From assembly GCA_945888325.1 (NCBI GenBank), contig CAMDAC010000013.1, positions 3,520 through 67,519 on the forward strand: DNA of 64,000 bases, read 5' to 3'. Source of the DNA: Candidatus Sulfopaludibacter sp. SbA3 (GTDB lineage: Bacteria > Pseudomonadota > Alphaproteobacteria > Caulobacterales > Hyphomonadaceae). How positions within the stretch are numbered: the first letter of the stretch is position 1; the number at the start of each line of letters is the position of its first letter. The notes under the pieces are model-generated. The model was not told the DNA's origin. It did not search any database and saw nothing but the letters and a program-made list of their open reading frames with translations. Position numbers and translations under genes: made by a program. This document shows positions 49,565 through 59,828 of the stretch, piece after piece.

Positions 49565-49800
49565 GACTACGTCCCTTTCAAACCGCGCGTGAGGCGAGCT
49601 GCAGACGCTCTAAGGGCGCTGCGTCCAAGGCGAACAGAGGGTCTTACGATCGCGGCGGTAGTTAAAACCTATCGATCAGCAAAGGAAAATCAAGGTCAGT
49701 AGCGCTTGGGTCTTCGTCAATCGCCAGAATGTCGCCTTCCGGCGATTTTCTGCCCGTTCCGCCTTCTTCTAGCTCAAACACAGATTCGGCTAGAGCGCAC

Positions 49801-50373
49801 TCACCGCCGCCAGCCCATGCCTTCCAGCAGCATGCGTGTCTCGTAGAGCGGCAGGCCGACGATGGCGGTGTAGCTGCCGTTGATGGCGGTAATGAAGCCG
49901 CCGGCCAGGCCCTGGATGCCGTAGCCGCCCGCCTTGCCCTTCCATTCGCCGCTGGCGACGTAGGCGGCGATCTCGGCCTCGGTGAGGCGCTTCATCTTCA
50001 CGCGGGCGAGCACCGTGCGGGAGGCGACCCGGCCATCGGGCGCGCGCACGGCCACGCCCGTGATGCACTGGTGGGCGCGGCCGGAGAGGAGGCGCAGGAA
50101 GGCTTCCGCCTCGGCTTCGTTCGCGGCTTTCTCGAGGTTGCGCTGACCGACCGCCACGACCGTGTCGGCGGCCAGGACGTAGCCAGCTTCCGTGCACGCG
50201 GCTGCCTTTTCGCGGGCCAGACGCTCGGCCAGCGCGCGGGGCGCTTCGTCCTTGCGGCGGGTCTCGTCGATGTCGGTGGGGGCGACCTTGTCCGGCACGA
50301 GGCCGATCTGCGCGAGCAGGTCGAGACGCCGGGGGCTCGCGCTCGCGAGGATGAGCGGCGGCTTGCCCGGCAT
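49801..50373 (-). CDS. maf: Maf-like nucleoside triphosphate pyrophosphatase
   Basis: 190 aa. N-terminal LILASASPRRLDLL and GAYGIQG-like GGYGIQG motif. Confidence 0.9.
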   Translation of the reverse strand: MPGKPPLILASASPRRLDLLAQIGLVPDKVAPTDIDETRRKDEAPRALAERLAREKAAACTEAGYVLAADTVVAVGQRNLEKAANEAEAEAFLRLLSGRAHQCITGVAVRAPDGRVASRTVLARVKMKRLTEAEIAAYVASGEWKGKAGGYGIQGLAGGFITAINGSYTAIVGLPLYETRMLLEGMGWRR

Positions 50374-50379
50374 GACGGT

Positions 50380-50598
50380 TTACTTGAAGCGGTAGGTGAT
50401 GCGGCCCTTGGTCAGGTCGTACGGGGTCATTTCGATCATGACCTTGTCGCCCGTGAGCACACGGATGCGGTTTTTCCGCATCTTGCCGGCGGTGTGCGCG
50501 ATGATTTCGTGGTTGTTCTCAAGTTTCACGCGGAACGTCGCGTTCGGCAGCAGTTCAACGACTGTGCCTTCGAATTCGATGAGTTCTTCTTTCGACAT
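50380..50598 (-). CDS. infA: Translation initiation factor IF-1
   Basis: ATG 50598 gives a 72-aa protein, [48 protein letters not shown]... GGAGAAGG RBS upstream. Confidence 0.97.
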   Translation of the reverse strand: MSKEELIEFEGTVVELLPNATFRVKLENNHEIIAHTAGKMRKNRIRVLTGDKVMIEMTPYDLTKGRITYRFK

Positions 50599-50713
50599 GC
50601 CTTCTCCAGCTGACCGGCCATTCCGGCCAAGACTTCGCATTGCTGGGCTGCGCCATACAGGCTTGCAGGGATTCCGGCAAGCGCGCGGGGGAGTCCTTGG
50701 TTACCGGGGGCGC

Positions 50714-50765
50714 CTAGAGCCGGCGATCTGATGGAATCAGATCGCCGGCTCTAGTTTTTCGTTTT
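50714..50765 (+). terminator. Strong hairpin plus T-tract, plus-strand orientation, between two minus-strand genes
   Basis: A perfect 19-bp stem (ctagagccggcgatctgat / atcagatcgccggctctag) with a 3-nt loop, at 50714-50754, followed by tttttcgtttt. Confidence 0.6.
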
Positions 50766-50813
50766 GTCGCGATGTCTTCCGCTCAACCGGTACCCACTTG
50801 AGCGGACATCGCT

Positions 50814-51389
50814 CTAGCGCACCGGCAGGGGCACGCCGGATTTGAGGCTGCACTGGCCTGCAAAGCCCGGGAACGCCCCGTTGGTGTCGACATTCGACTC
50901 GGCAAAGCCGTCGCTGATGACCAGGCGGGCGGTGATCGTGGTGGCGGTCGCGGCCAGCAGTTCGGGGGTCAGAGGCAGGGTCAGGCTGACGGCGGCGCCG
51001 TCTGCATCCGTCAGCACAGCCTCGCCGTCAAAGGAGATGCCCGAGACGACATAGCGGGCGGGCCCGGCGACGGCATAATCCCCGAGCTGGCGGGCCGGGG
51101 CGACGACCTCCAGCGTCCTGGCGGGCGTGTCGCAGTGCAGGGCAAACTTCGGCGGGGCGAGGCCCGTGATGGCATCCTGCGGGCCGGCATCGAGGACCGA
51201 GATGCCCGTTTCGCTGTCGAACAGTTCGAGCCCGTCCGCGGTGGGCGCGAAGGCGGGCTCGGCCGCTTCGGGGGTCATGTCCTCGGTCACCGCTTCGGCG
51301 GCAGGGCCCTCCAGGGCGGGGGTGGGGTTGCGGCCTTCGCAGGCGGCGATGGCGGCGAGACTGGCGGCCATAAGGAATGACACTCTCAT
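50814..51389 (-). CDS. Hypothetical lipoprotein (191 aa)
   Basis: ATG 51389 within track ORF 50814..51434. Signal plus lipobox MRVSFLMAASLAAIAAC. No family recognised. Confidence 0.55.
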   Translation of the reverse strand: MRVSFLMAASLAAIAACEGRNPTPALEGPAAEAVTEDMTPEAAEPAFAPTADGLELFDSETGISVLDAGPQDAITGLAPPKFALHCDTPARTLEVVAPARQLGDYAVAGPARYVVSGISFDGEAVLTDADGAAVSLTLPLTPELLAATATTITARLVISDGFAESNVDTNGAFPGFAGQCSLKSGVPLPVR

Positions 51390-51402
51390 CGCGTTTCGCC
51401 TT

Positions 51403-51891
51403 TCATGCGCCGGGCGACCTGCCCTGCCCGGCATGCAGTGCGCAGATCAGGGTGAACAGCCGCCGGGCTGTCGGATGGTCGATCTCGATCTTGCCCGCGA
51501 GCCGCTCCTTGAGCAGTTCCGAGCCTTCATTGTGGATGCCGCGCCGGGCCATGTCGATGGCTTCGATCTGGTGCGGCGTCTGTGTACGGATGGCTTCGTA
51601 ATAGCTGTCGCAGATCATGAAGTAGTCGCGGATCACGCCCCGGAAGGGGCCGAGCGACAGGATGAAGGTGTGCACGTCCTCGGCGGCTTCGGTGCGCACG
51701 GCGAGGATGAGGCGGCGCTCGGCCTGGCTGAGCGAGAGGACATAGGGGCCACGTTCCTGGCCGGCGACGGCGAAGCTGTTTTCCTCGATCAGGTCGAAGA
51801 TCGCGACGCGACGCTCGTGCTCGGCGTCCGGACCGGAGGCACCGAGCGTATCGTCGTCGATATGGACCGCGATGAGGCGATCAGTGCCCAT
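51403..51891 (-). CDS. UPF0262 family protein
   Basis: 162 aa. [16 protein letters not shown] is typical of UPF0262. Conserved position downstream of hisD, with an 11-nt overlap. Confidence 0.8.
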   Translation of the reverse strand: MGTDRLIAVHIDDDTLGASGPDAEHERRVAIFDLIEENSFAVAGQERGPYVLSLSQAERRLILAVRTEAAEDVHTFILSLGPFRGVIRDYFMICDSYYEAIRTQTPHQIEAIDMARRGIHNEGSELLKERLAGKIEIDHPTARRLFTLICALHAGQGRSPGA

Positions 51892-53191
51892 CGCTCCCGC
51901 CCCGGTTCGTGCGGATGGACACCGAGCGCGCGTGCGCCGGCAGGCGTTCGGCCTCGGCGAGGCGCAGCGCGGCGGGCGCCAGCACTTCCAGCCCTTTCGG
52001 GCCGGCGCGCTGCACGCTCATGCGCTTGAGGAAATCATACAGTCCGAGTCCGGACGAAAAGCGCGCGGCGCGGCTGGTCGGCAGGACGTGGTTGGAGCCG
52101 GTCACATAATCGCCCAGCGCTTCCGGCGTGTGGTGGCCGAGGAAGACCGCGCCGGCGTGGCGGATCAGCGGCAGAAGGCCGTCCGGATCATCGACGCAGA
52201 GTTCAAGGTGCTCAGCGGCGATGCGGTTGGCGACATCGGCCGCCTGCAGACGATCCCGTACAAGGATGATCGCGCCGTGGCTGCGCCAGGAGTCGCGCGC
52301 GCGCGCGCCGGTCGCCAGCGTCTTCAACTGGTTTTCCACAGCCTTTTCCACAGCCTTGCCCACAGCCTCATCCACAGTGATCAGGATGGATTGGCTGGAG
52401 GGATCATGCTCGGCCTGGCTGAGCAGGTCGGCGGCGATCCAGTCCGGATTGGCGGTGGCATCGGCGATGATGAGGATTTCGGAGGGGCCGGCGATCGTGT
52501 CGATGCCGACCCGGCCGAAGACCTGGCGCTTGGCTTCGGCGACCCAGGCGTTGCCGGGGCCGACGATCTTGTCCACCGGCGCGAGCGCGCCTGCGCCGAA
52601 GGCCATGGCGCCGACGGCCTGCGCGCCGCCGATGGGGTAATACTCGTCCACGCCGGCCTTGAGGGCGGCGTAAGCGACGGCGTTGGAGAGCTCGCCCTGC
52701 GGCGCCGGGGCGACCATCACGATGCGCTCCACGCCGGCGATCCGTGCCGGGACGATATTCATGAGTACGGACGAGGGATAGCTCGCCCGCCCGCCGGGGA
52801 CGTAGACGCCGACCGAGTCGAGCGAGGTCCAGCGCCAGCCGAGTTCGATGCCGGCATCGTCCGTGAAGCGATGATCGGCGGGGCGCTGCGCGCCGTGATA
52901 GGCGGCGATCCGGTCATGCGCGAAATCGATGGCCGCGCGCAGGTCCGCCGGGCAGGTCGCCGCGAGTTCGTGCAGGTTCACATTGTCGGATTCGAGCGTC
53001 GAGGGGTCGATCTGCAGGCCGTCATACTTGGCCGTATAGTCGGCCACTGCTGCCCCGCCGCGCTTTTTCACGTCGGCGATGATGTCCTTGACCACGTCGA
53101 ACACGTCATCCCCCTGCCCGCGATCTTCCGCGAGGAAGCGCGTCAGGACCTCATCAAACTGAGGCTTGGTGGCGTCAAGGTGGCGGGCCAT
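51881..53191 (-). CDS. hisD: Histidinol dehydrogenase
   Basis: 436 aa. Typical HisD motifs ([32 protein letters not shown]). Confidence 0.95.
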   Translation of the reverse strand: MARHLDATKPQFDEVLTRFLAEDRGQGDDVFDVVKDIIADVKKRGGAAVADYTAKYDGLQIDPSTLESDNVNLHELAATCPADLRAAIDFAHDRIAAYHGAQRPADHRFTDDAGIELGWRWTSLDSVGVYVPGGRASYPSSVLMNIVPARIAGVERIVMVAPAPQGELSNAVAYAALKAGVDEYYPIGGAQAVGAMAFGAGALAPVDKIVGPGNAWVAEAKRQVFGRVGIDTIAGPSEILIIADATANPDWIAADLLSQAEHDPSSQSILITVDEAVGKAVEKAVENQLKTLATGARARDSWRSHGAIILVRDRLQAADVANRIAAEHLELCVDDPDGLLPLIRHAGAVFLGHHTPEALGDYVTGSNHVLPTSRAARFSSGLGLYDFLKRMSVQRAGPKGLEVLAPAALRLAEAERLPAHARSVSIRTNRGGSDGH

Positions 53192-53282
53192 GGGGCGGGC
53201 ATTTCCGGGGCATAGTTACAGCCCCGCTACATGGACCGGGGCTGGCAGGCTGGCAAGGTGGCGGATGGGCGAAGGTGGCCTC

Positions 53283-53320
53283 GTAGGGCGCATTACGGCC
53301 TTCTGCCTAATGCGCCCTAC
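53283..53320. repeat. REP-like palindrome overlapping the stop codon of the DUF2948 gene
   Basis: gtagggcgcatta (53283-53295) pairs with taatgcgccctac (53308-53320). An inner ggc/gcc extension leaves a 5-nt loop. The element ends in ...CCCTAC. Confidence 0.7.
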
Positions 53321-53775
53321 CTTTTCCGCCGCTCGTGGCTCGGCACATGCCGCGTGGGCCAGACGTAGTCACTGTCGAGCAGGGTGGCGTCGAGGGCTTC
53401 GACTGTCAGCACGATTTCGCCGTCGCCGGCGAACAGCAGCGTGACCTTGCCGCCGGGCGGCTCGGCCACATCGGCTACGAAGTCGGCGCTCAGTAAGGAG
53501 AGGATCAGTTCGGGGTCGGCCTTGGTGATGCCGCGCGTCTTGACGCCCAGCACGCCGTCAAACGCTAGCAGCGCACGCACGCGCTCGCCGGGCTGGCCTT
53601 TGCGCGCCGGCGCGGTTTCCCATCGGTAGCGGTTCAGTTCGATGGAGAAGCGGCGCTTGCGCTTTTCGTAGTTGAGGTTGCCCGCCTTCACCACCGCGTC
53701 CTGAACGGCCGCGGCGATGATCTTGAGGTCGTCACCCTCCTCGGCGAGAAGGCGCAGCGGTTTTTGATCGGTCAT
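53317..53775 (-). CDS. DUF2948 family protein
   Basis: 152 aa. PLRLLAEEGDDLKIIAAAVQDAV is typical of DUF2948. Conserved position downstream of murA. Confidence 0.75.
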   Translation of the reverse strand: MTDQKPLRLLAEEGDDLKIIAAAVQDAVVKAGNLNYEKRKRRFSIELNRYRWETAPARKGQPGERVRALLAFDGVLGVKTRGITKADPELILSLLSADFVADVAEPPGGKVTLLFAGDGEIVLTVEALDATLLDSDYVWPTRHVPSHERRKR

Positions 53776-53790
53776 TCAGCCCTGCCGTGG

Positions 53791-55071
<1,281 letters not shown>

Positions 55072-55206
55072 GAGCGCGAGATATACTGTGCTTCGCGGCT
55101 TTGTCAGGACCGGAATGTGCGCGGAACTTGCTATTTGCGTCCCCGGGCAGCCCTTCGACTTGCTGGCAGGTCAAAAGGCCGGCCGGAAACTCCAGGCGCG
55201 CCAAGG

Positions 55207-55347
55207 CTAGTCAGCCTTTTTGGGGGCATCGGCCGGCGCGGGATCCTTGCGGGCAGCGGCCTTGCGGCGTTTCAGGTTGGCGCGCAGGGCCTCGGCCTGG
55301 CGGGCGGTGCGGTCTTCATTCGACGAACGGGGTGTCTTATAGGTCAT
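55207..55347 (-). CDS. Possible 46-aa basic small protein (absent from the ORF track)
   Basis: My translation: MTYKTPRSSNEDRTARQAEALRANLKRRKAAARKDPAPADAPKKAD. ATG 55347, TAG 55207-55209. Weak RBS. Same strand as murA and upstream of it. Confidence 0.35.
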   Translation of the reverse strand: MTYKTPRSSNEDRTARQAEALRANLKRRKAAARKDPAPADAPKKAD

Positions 55348-55414
55348 GTTGGCGCCTAAACTCTCTTTTCATCCGATATGGCTTAGGCTAAAGCCCCGAA
55401 ACGAAACCGGCAAT

Positions 55415-55489
55415 GCCGCCTTAGCTCAGGGGTAGAGCGCGTCATTGGTAATGACGAGGTCGACAGTTCAATTCTGTCAGGTGGCACCA
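55415..55489 (+). tRNA. tRNA-Thr (anticodon GGT), CCA encoded
   Basis: Cloverleaf folded by hand: acceptor GCCGCCT/AGGTGGC (one G-T pair), D arm GCTC..GAGC, anticodon stem CGTCA/TGACG with loop TTGGTAA, T arm GACAG TTCAATT CTGTC. Confidence 0.95.
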
Positions 55490-55518
55490 CTCCCCGCTGG
55501 TTGAAGCAGGCGCAGGAC

Positions 55519-56844
55519 TCACCGGCCTCTCCCCAGCGACCCTATTGCCAAAAAACCTGCCAATAGCACCCCCAGCCCAAACAGTGCGCCGCCTTGCACA
55601 TAGAGCACGGCGGAGACCAGCATGGCGGAGCTGGACAGCACGAACAGCGCGGGCACCAGCGGATAAAGCGGCACGCGGAAGGGTCTCGGCACGTCCGGCT
55701 GGGCCGCGCGCAGGCGGAACACGGCGAGGCCGCTGGCGATGAGGAAGATCCAGTAAACCGGGGCGGTATAGTCGACGAGCGTGGCGAAGCCGTCATAGGC
55801 GGCGCCGAGGCCGACGAGCATCAGCGAGACGGCGCCTTGCGCCAGCACGGCGTTGCGCGGACTGCGGGTGCGAAAATTCCAGCGGCCGATCCAGCTCAGC
55901 GCGGGAATGTTGGCGGAAGCGGCATAGGTTGTGCGGGCGCCGGCGATGATGGTGGCATTCACGGACGTGACGGCCGCGGCAACGACCGCCAGCGCGAGCA
56001 CGACCCCCGCCCCCGGCCCAAAAGCGCGGCTCATCAGGTCGGCGGCGGGCGCCTCGGAACCCGCGAGCCCGGCGAGGCCGAGGCCGCGCAGCATGGCCCA
56101 GGCGGTGAGCAGGTAGAGCAACGTGATGAGCGTGATCGAGATGATCAGCGCACGGAGCATGCCGCGCTCGCCGTCCTTCACTTCGGCCGAAAGAGTCGCT
56201 GCCTCGGTCCAGCCGCCATAGGCGAGCAGGACGAAGACGAGACCGTAGCCTAGGCCACCTAGACCTGGCGCCACCCGCGTGCCGGGATCGAGCGGGGGCA
56301 TGCCGTCGAGGACGAGCCTGGCAGCGGCCGCGGCGAGCGTCACGAGGCCGGCGATCAGGACGATGACAAGCGCACTGTCGCTTGCCTCTCCTGCTGGGAG
56401 CAGCTTGACCGCGGTGAGCAGGAACACGCTGGCAAAGGCATAAATGGCGGGGCCGTGGGGGCCGAGATCGATGACGCGGTTGAGATAGTCGCCGATGACG
56501 AAGCCGAGCAGCGCGATGGCGCCGGTATTGATGACGGCGAAGCGTGCCCAGGCGAAGAGAAAGGCGAAGCGCCTGCCCCAGGCGCGTTCGAGAAAATGAT
56601 AGTCACCGCCCGGATGCGCGAAGGCGGCGGCGAGTTCGGAATAGCAGAGCGCGCCGGCGAGCGAGATCAGCCCGCCGATGATCCAGAGCAGATAGACCAT
56701 CTGTTCGGAGCCGGCATTGGCGGCGACCAGTGCGGGCGACTTGAAGATGCCGGCGCCGATGACCATGCCGAGGATGACGACGATGACATAGCGGGTCGTC
56801 AGGCTGCGGACGGGTTTATGTGCATCGTCTGCCTCCTGTGCCAT
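55519..56844 (-). CDS. APC superfamily amino acid permease
   Basis: ATG 56844 (MAQEADDAHKP) shares one nt with the glpK stop (TGATG). About 12 TM helices. GAGIFKSPALVA is typical of APC permeases. Confidence 0.8.
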   Translation of the reverse strand: MAQEADDAHKPVRSLTTRYVIVVILGMVIGAGIFKSPALVAANAGSEQMVYLLWIIGGLISLAGALCYSELAAAFAHPGGDYHFLERAWGRRFAFLFAWARFAVINTGAIALLGFVIGDYLNRVIDLGPHGPAIYAFASVFLLTAVKLLPAGEASDSALVIVLIAGLVTLAAAAARLVLDGMPPLDPGTRVAPGLGGLGYGLVFVLLAYGGWTEAATLSAEVKDGERGMLRALIISITLITLLYLLTAWAMLRGLGLAGLAGSEAPAADLMSRAFGPGAGVVLALAVVAAAVTSVNATIIAGARTTYAASANIPALSWIGRWNFRTRSPRNAVLAQGAVSLMLVGLGAAYDGFATLVDYTAPVYWIFLIASGLAVFRLRAAQPDVPRPFRVPLYPLVPALFVLSSSAMLVSAVLYVQGGALFGLGVLLAGFLAIGSLGRGR

Positions 56845-58328
56845 CAGGCGAGGGCCCGGCCGAGCGCGGTGTCCCATCCCTTAAGCAGGCTGGCCCGGAC
56901 ATCGGATTTCATGCCTGGTTCGAAGCGCTTTCCGGGTACGGCGCGGGCCGCCCAGTCGCCGGCAGTGGTCCAGCCGAGCTGCATCGCGGCAGCGGCAGCC
57001 GCGCCGAGGGCCGTCATCTCGCGGTAGTCGGGGCGAAGCACCGGCAAAGCGCAGACATCGGCGAGGAATTGCATCAGCCAGTCATTGGCCACCATCCCGC
57101 CGTCCACGCGCAATTCGGCGATCGGCGCGCCGTCGCCCGCAAAGGCGGCGAGCAGGTCGTGCGTCTGGTAGGCAACCGATTCGAGGCCGGCGCGGACGAG
57201 GTGCGCGCTGGTCGCGGCGCGCGTCAGGCCCGAGATCAGGCCGCGCGCCTCGGCGTTCCAGTGCGGGGCGCCGAGACCGGTGAAGGCGGGCACCATGTAG
57301 ACGCCGCCATTGTCCGGCAGGCTGGCGGCGGCGGCGGCGCTTTCGTCCGCACTCTGAATGAGTTTGAGATCGTCGCGCAGCCATTTGATCACGGTGCCGG
57401 CATTGAAGATCGAGCCTTCCAGCGCCATCGCGTCCGCGCCGGGCAGCGCGTAGCCCATCGTGCCAAGCAGGCGGTTGTTCGAGGTGGGGCGGACCTTGCC
57501 GGTGTTGGCCACGAGGAAGGCGCCGGTGCCGAAGGTGACCTTCGCCTGGCCGGGCTTCAGGCAGCCCTGCCCCACGAGGGCCGACTGCTGGTCTCCGAGG
57601 ATGGAGCAGATCCGTATCGCACGGCCGAACAGGGCGGGGTCGGTGGCGCCATAATCGGCAGCGCTGGGTTTCACTTCTGGAAGCAGTGAGGACGGCACCT
57701 TCAGGATGTCCGCCATCTGCGCGCTCCAGCCGCCATCTTTGCCAAAGCCGAGACGGTAGAGCAGTGTGCGCGAGGCGTTGGTGACATCGGTAGCGTGCAC
57801 CTGACCGCCGGTGAGGCGCCAGAGGAGGAAAGCGTCGACAGTGCCGAAGGCGAGTTCGCCTGCTTCGGCGCGGGCGCGGGCGCCTTTCACATTGTCCAGT
57901 ATCCAGCCAATCTTAGTGCCGGAGAAATAGGGATCCAGCAGCAGGCCAGTCTCGGCCTGCGCGGCGGCTTCGTGGTCGCTCGCCTTCAGCGCGTCACACG
58001 CGGCGGCGGTGCGGCGGTCCTGCCAGATGATGGCGGGGGCGATCGGCTTGCCGGTCGCCCGTTCCCAGACGAGTGTGGTCTCCCGCTGGTTGGTGATGCC
58101 GATGGCGGCGATCCGGTCCGCGCCGCCCGCCTTGGCGATCACCGTGCGGCAGACCGAGAGGGTGCGCGACCAGATCTCCTCGCCGTTCTGCTCGACCCAG
58201 CCATCGGCGGGATATTGCAGCGCGACTTCTTCCTGTGCGAGGGCGACTTCGCGGAAGTTACGGTCATATACGATGGCCCGCGTCGAGGTTGTGCCTTCGT
58301 CGATGACGAGAATAAAATCGGCGGCCAT
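56844..58328 (-). CDS. glpK: Glycerol kinase
   Basis: 494 aa. FGGY kinase motifs ILVIDEGTTSTRAIVYD and ILGDQQSALVGQGC. Confidence 0.95.
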   Translation of the reverse strand: MAADFILVIDEGTTSTRAIVYDRNFREVALAQEEVALQYPADGWVEQNGEEIWSRTLSVCRTVIAKAGGADRIAAIGITNQRETTLVWERATGKPIAPAIIWQDRRTAAACDALKASDHEAAAQAETGLLLDPYFSGTKIGWILDNVKGARARAEAGELAFGTVDAFLLWRLTGGQVHATDVTNASRTLLYRLGFGKDGGWSAQMADILKVPSSLLPEVKPSAADYGATDPALFGRAIRICSILGDQQSALVGQGCLKPGQAKVTFGTGAFLVANTGKVRPTSNNRLLGTMGYALPGADAMALEGSIFNAGTVIKWLRDDLKLIQSADESAAAAASLPDNGGVYMVPAFTGLGAPHWNAEARGLISGLTRAATSAHLVRAGLESVAYQTHDLLAAFAGDGAPIAELRVDGGMVANDWLMQFLADVCALPVLRPDYREMTALGAAAAAAMQLGWTTAGDWAARAVPGKRFEPGMKSDVRASLLKGWDTALGRALA

Positions 58329-58355
58329 GGGTTCTCCGTTGAATCTTTGCCGGAC

Positions 58356-59717
58356 TTAAACCGTCAGCCCCGCCAATTCCAGCAGTTCCGCAAACTTCAG
58401 CGTGGTGCGGTCTGCAAATGGGGCCGATATCAGCTGCAGGCCAATCGGCAGGCCGTCGCGGCTTTTGGCAACAGGAACGGCGGTGGCCGGCAATCCGGCG
58501 AAGGTGGCGATGGCGGCCCACGAGAGCTGTGATCCGTAGGGCATCTGGGCGTTGTCGACGGGAAGCAGGCGCTGCGACCAGTCGGGTTCCGTCTGATAAG
58601 TGAAGGCGGGTGTCGAGAAGATCGGCGAGATCAGGATATCGGCGCCTTCGAACACGCGGGTCCAGGCGCGCGTGGTTACGAGCTGCGCATCTTTGAGGCG
58701 CATCCACTCATGCGCATTCACAGGCCTTGCGTCCGGCGTGCCGCGGGAGATGACGTTGTTCAGCATGCGGATATAGGTCTCGATCATCGGCGGAAAGTCC
58801 GGATAGTCGTCTGCTTTCCGGGAAACCTGAGCGCCAGCCTTTGTGAGCGCCGCAGCAATTTTTTCGAGCGCCTCGCGGGTATCGGTATCTGCCGGGACGC
58901 CCGGCATCTCGCCGAGGATGCGCACGCGGAAGTCTTTCAGGGCAGCGTGGCGCGGCGGTGGCAGATCAAGTTTGTAGCCCGAACCGGCTTCGGGTCCGGC
59001 GATGATATGGAGCGCGGCGGTGATGTCGGCCGCGTTGCGGGCCATCGGGCCGACAACCGCGAGGGGCGCATCCCTGGTTTCCATTCCCATGTCATGGCCG
59101 CGCAGGGGCACGATGCCCCAGGTGGGCTTGTGCCCGAACAGGCCGCACATGTGCGATGGCACACGGATCGAGCCGCCGATGTCGGAGCCGATTTCGAGGG
59201 GCACCATGCCGGTGGCTAGAGCTGCGGCCGCGCCGCCGGACGAGCCGCCCGGCGAGCGCGTGTGGTCAAACGGGTTCAGCGTGCGGCCATAGACCGGGTT
59301 CTCGGTCTGCCAGTCACCGAGAGCGACCGGCACGTTGGTTTTGCCGACGATGACGGCGCCTTCGGCCTTCAGCCGCTGGACGGCGACGGCGTCGCGCGTG
59401 GCCTGAACGGTGGCCCGTGCCTCAAAACCCCAGGTGGAGGGCAGGCCTTCGACGTCATTGGATTCCTTAACCGTCATCGGTACGCCGAGGAGGCGGCGGG
59501 GATCGCCGGGGGTCCGGGACGCGTCAATCACCTTGGCGGCAGAACGCGCCCGCTCGAAATCACGAACGACGACGGCGTTGATCGCGCCGTCGAGCGCCTC
59601 TATGCGCGCGATGGCTGCATCGCACGCTTCCAGAGCTGAAATCGCGCCTCCGCGCACGGCCTCTGCCGTGTCCAGGGCGCCGAGTTTTGCAAGATCCGTT
59701 TTTGCCGAAGCACTCAT
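58356..59717 (-). CDS. Amidase (amidase-signature family)
   Basis: ATG 59717 has GGGAGGAAG upstream; the track start is 59732. AS motif GGSSGGAAAALA and the Ser-cisSer-Lys context. Confidence 0.85.
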   Translation of the reverse strand: MSASAKTDLAKLGALDTAEAVRGGAISALEACDAAIARIEALDGAINAVVVRDFERARSAAKVIDASRTPGDPRRLLGVPMTVKESNDVEGLPSTWGFEARATVQATRDAVAVQRLKAEGAVIVGKTNVPVALGDWQTENPVYGRTLNPFDHTRSPGGSSGGAAAALATGMVPLEIGSDIGGSIRVPSHMCGLFGHKPTWGIVPLRGHDMGMETRDAPLAVVGPMARNAADITAALHIIAGPEAGSGYKLDLPPPRHAALKDFRVRILGEMPGVPADTDTREALEKIAAALTKAGAQVSRKADDYPDFPPMIETYIRMLNNVISRGTPDARPVNAHEWMRLKDAQLVTTRAWTRVFEGADILISPIFSTPAFTYQTEPDWSQRLLPVDNAQMPYGSQLSWAAIATFAGLPATAVPVAKSRDGLPIGLQLISAPFADRTTLKFAELLELAGLTV

Positions 59718-59828
59718 GGCTTCCTCCCTCATGCAGGAGAAAGCCTATCATGCTTCAGGAAGGGCTCAAGACTGCAGCGCAAGGCGAAACCTGCTCAACA
59801 GTTTAAGCTGGTTCCTAGGTGAGCCGCG

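Noticed and set aside
55415-55600. tRNA-Thr as an integration hotspot for a genomic island.
   Set aside because: There is no integrase, no repeat of the tRNA 3' end downstream that I could find, and no compositional break. The adjacent genes are an ordinary permease and glpK.
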